Below, one piece after another: positions 58,714-64,000 of a stretch of 64,000 bases of DNA. Made by a program: the position numbers and the translations under genes. Source of the stretch: an uncultured Candidatus Binatia bacterium (GTDB taxonomy: Bacteria > Desulfobacterota > Binatia > UBA9968 > JAJDTQ01); contig OZ244070.1 of NCBI GenBank assembly GCA_965215605.1, positions 64,001 to 128,000 of the forward strand. Direction: 5' to 3'. How positions within the stretch are numbered: the first letter of the stretch is position 1; each line of letters starts with the position of its first letter. The notes below the pieces were generated by a model. The model was given only the letters and a program-made list of their open reading frames with translations. It made no database searches and was not told the DNA's origin.

Positions 58714-61138
58714 GAATCTTCCGGCACTGCTGCTGACGCCGTTGCTGCGCCTGATGGCGCGCAGGAACCTCCCGAAACGCCAGGGCACGGTCCAGCTCCC
58801 GGGCCTCCGCAAGGACGTCCGGGTCCGCTGGGACCCCTTTGCCATACCCTACATTTTCGCCGAGAACGAGCCCGACCTGTTCTTCGCCCAGGGCTACCTG
58901 CACGCCCAGGACCGGCTGTGGCAGATGGACCTCAACCGGCGCGTCTTCAGCGGACGGCTGGCCGAAGTCTTCGGGGACCGCGCCATGCCCCGCAACGATT
59001 TCGTGCGGCACCTGCGGACCGGCACCATGACCGGCGTCGACCACTTCATGCGGATCATGGGCATCCGCCACGCCGCGGCACTGTCGCTGCCGCTCCTGTC
59101 GGAACGGTCCGCCCGGGCCGTGGAGGCCTATTGCGCCGGCGTCAACACCTGCATGGGAAGACCCCGGCGGCGCCTGCCGGTGGAGTTCCGGCTGCTGCGC
59201 TACGAACCCCCTGCGTGGGAGCCGGTGGACTGCCTCACCCTCGCCAGGGGGTTCTCCCTGTTCCTGTCGTCCGCGCTCATGACGCGGCTCACCTTTCTGG
59301 CACTCCATGGCCGCCTGGAGAACGAACCCGACAAGCTCCGTTCCCTGGTCCCGCACTACCCATCCTGGGGCGCCACCATCACCCGCGCTCTAAGCGACCA
59401 CGGCGCCGGCCTGCTGCGCTTCGTGAACGGCAGCTTCGCCGACGCCCCCTGGACCCCCAGGGGCCAGGGCAGCAACGGCTGGGCCGTGGACGCAAGGCAT
59501 TCGGCAGAGGGCCATCCGATCCTGTGCAACGACATGCACCTCCGCATGACCCTGCCCGGCATCTGGTATCTGAACCACCTTCGGACCGTCGACGATTCGG
59601 GCGGCACGCCGCCCTTCGAGGCCGCCGGCGTGTCGCTGCCCGGCTCACCCCTCGTCTACGTCGGACACAATCGGCACATGGCCTGGGGCTTCGTCGCCGC
59701 CCTGTGCGACGACGGCGACCTCTACCGGGAGCGGATTCATCCCGAAAAGCCGGCTCTCTACCAAACGCCCGACGGCTGGGCCGAGTTCGAGTCCCGGCCC
59801 GAGACCATCGCCGTCCGCGGCCGCCGCCCGCTGGAGACCGTGGTCCGCAGCACCCGCCACGGCCCGGTGCTGTCGGACATCCTGGCGCCGACGCCGCACG
59901 ATTCGGACCCCCCGGACCGTGAGCTCCTGTCATTCAAGTGGGTCGCCCACACGCCGGGCAACGAGGTGGGGCTGCTGGACGGCGTCAACCGGGCCCGTGA
60001 CTGGAGCGAGTTCCTGTCCAGCATGGCGCACCACGTCACGCCCTCGCTCAACTGTGTCTACGCCGACACCCGGGGCAACATCGGCTACGCCCTGGCGGGA
60101 AGAGTCCCCCTGCGCCCGCGGCAGGAGCCCTCATGGCTGCCCCTGGAGGGCTGGAACCCCGCCCACGACTGGACCGGCGCCATCCCGTTCGACGAGCTGC
60201 CGCGCCTGTACAACCCCCCCGAAGGCATGGTCGCCAACGCCAACAATCGCATCGCCAGCGCCGGCTATCCCTACTACCTCTCCGATCTGTTCGAGCCCCC
60301 CTACCGCATCGAGCGCATCCGCCACCTGCTCGCCCGCGACACCCCCCTCGGCATGGAGGACATGGCCCGGATCCAGCTCGACACCCGTTCGGTCCAGGCC
60401 GAACGGCTGTTGGAGGCCCTGGGTCAGGAGCTGAGCGAGATCGCGCGGGAAGAGCCGTCCTTGCGGGATTGCGTGGAGTTGCTCGAGGAATGGGACCACG
60501 ACTGCGGCACGGAGTCCGCCGGAGCCGCCCTCTTTCACGTCCTCTATCACCGGCTCATGTGGAACACCTGGGGAAACGATCTCGGCGAGGACCTTTTCAC
60601 GAGCTATGCGGAGATCCTGAATCAGGCAGTAACGCCGCTGGACGACATCCTGACCAACCCCAAATCCATTTGGTTCCGCGACACCGCCCGCAAGGAAACG
60701 CTGGCAACAAGCCTCCGTGAGGCCCAAGCCGAGCTTACGAAACAGCAAGGCCTCGACCCCGCCAACTGGTCCTGGGGTCGCCTCCACACCCTCACCCTCG
60801 CCCACACCCTCGGAAACAACCAATGGCTGGCGCCGTTCTTCTCGCTGGGCCCCTTCCCCATCGACGGTGACGGCGTCACCGTCAGCAACTCCTACTACCG
60901 CCACTCCCGCCCCTACGACCAAGCGGTCGGCGCATCGATGCGGATGCTGGTGACCCTGAGCAATCCCATCCGCTCCCGCTTCGTCATCGTTCCGGGGCAG
61001 GCGGGAAATCCAATGTCGCTGCACTACCGCGACCAACTCGATCCGTGGCGCCACGGCCGAACTATTCGCACGGCGGAGCCGGAAGACCGAATGGAGGAGT
61101 GGTCGCTGTTGACGCTGACGGGTAGCTCGCGGGGTTAG
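58712..61138 (+). CDS. Penicillin acylase family (Ntn hydrolase)
   Basis: GL...V.V.WD..AIP.I, AQGYLHAQDRLWQM, GSNGW (Ser nucleophile), NDMHL, STRHGP, GQAGN. Confidence 0.92.
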   Translation: MNLPALLLTPLLRLMARRNLPKRQGTVQLPGLRKDVRVRWDPFAIPYIFAENEPDLFFAQGYLHAQDRLWQMDLNRRVFSGRLAEVFGDRAMPRNDFVRHLRTGTMTGVDHFMRIMGIRHAAALSLPLLSERSARAVEAYCAGVNTCMGRPRRRLPVEFRLLRYEPPAWEPVDCLTLARGFSLFLSSALMTRLTFLALHGRLENEPDKLRSLVPHYPSWGATITRALSDHGAGLLRFVNGSFADAPWTPRGQGSNGWAVDARHSAEGHPILCNDMHLRMTLPGIWYLNHLRTVDDSGGTPPFEAAGVSLPGSPLVYVGHNRHMAWGFVAALCDDGDLYRERIHPEKPALYQTPDGWAEFESRPETIAVRGRRPLETVVRSTRHGPVLSDILAPTPHDSDPPDRELLSFKWVAHTPGNEVGLLDGVNRARDWSEFLSSMAHHVTPSLNCVYADTRGNIGYALAGRVPLRPRQEPSWLPLEGWNPAHDWTGAIPFDELPRLYNPPEGMVANANNRIASAGYPYYLSDLFEPPYRIERIRHLLARDTPLGMEDMARIQLDTRSVQAERLLEALGQELSEIAREEPSLRDCVELLEEWDHDCGTESAGAALFHVLYHRLMWNTWGNDLGEDLFTSYAEILNQAVTPLDDILTNPKSIWFRDTARKETLATSLREAQAELTKQQGLDPANWSWGRLHTLTLAHTLGNNQWLAPFFSLGPFPIDGDGVTVSNSYYRHSRPYDQAVGASMRMLVTLSNPIRSRFVIVPGQAGNPMSLHYRDQLDPWRHGRTIRTAEPEDRMEEWSLLTLTGSSRG

Positions 61139-61171
61139 CCGCTGTCAGATTCAAAAAAGACACTTCGCCTT

Positions 61172-61195
61172 CGTCATTCCCGCGAAAGCGGGAAC
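61172..61195. repeat. REP-like palindrome / hairpin between convergent genes
   Basis: cgtcaTTCCCGC-GAAA-GCGGGAAc; only one copy seen in the window. Confidence 0.55.
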
Positions 61196-61265
61196 CGCGA
61201 TTCGGCTCGGTGTCACCAGAAACAGGCTGTCCCGCGTTCTCGCTTCCCCTCGACGGCGAAACCGA

Positions 61266-64000
<2,735 letters not shown>

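Overview
This is a high-GC (roughly 65-70% by eye) bacterial chromosome segment with about 60 genes. The RpoH-box sigma factor, NrdJ and many LLM, amidohydrolase and TRAP catabolic genes are compatible with an uncultured Deltaproteobacteria/Binatota-like organism (inference only). Housekeeping genes include tadA, trmI, trmL, dtd, a free-standing ThrRS editing domain, tRNA-Ser(GGA), pgpA, an rpoH-like sigma factor and nrdJ. Accessory content includes many orphan catabolic enzymes, a RavA/ViaA-type AAA+/VWA pair, a dispersed xanthine-dehydrogenase-family molybdoenzyme (large subunit, S/M/G subunits, mocA), a NEW3-domain ABC system and a lower-GC islet with a type I restriction-modification system plus HicAB. 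The ORF track misses several signals. (1) A BCP peroxiredoxin has an in-frame TGA at its catalytic position, followed by a SECIS-like hairpin, so it is probably a Cys-free selenoprotein. (2) Up to three genes appear to use non-canonical starts (ATC, ATT, CTG). (3) Two members of the arylmalonate decarboxylase/maleate isomerase fold contain no cysteine. (4) A YfhL ferredoxin is fused to a Zn-ribbon/coiled-coil region. (5) Two divergent genes have start codons that share one CATG. I saw no CRISPR array, rRNA, integrase or transposase. All assignments are by motif recognition without database searches.
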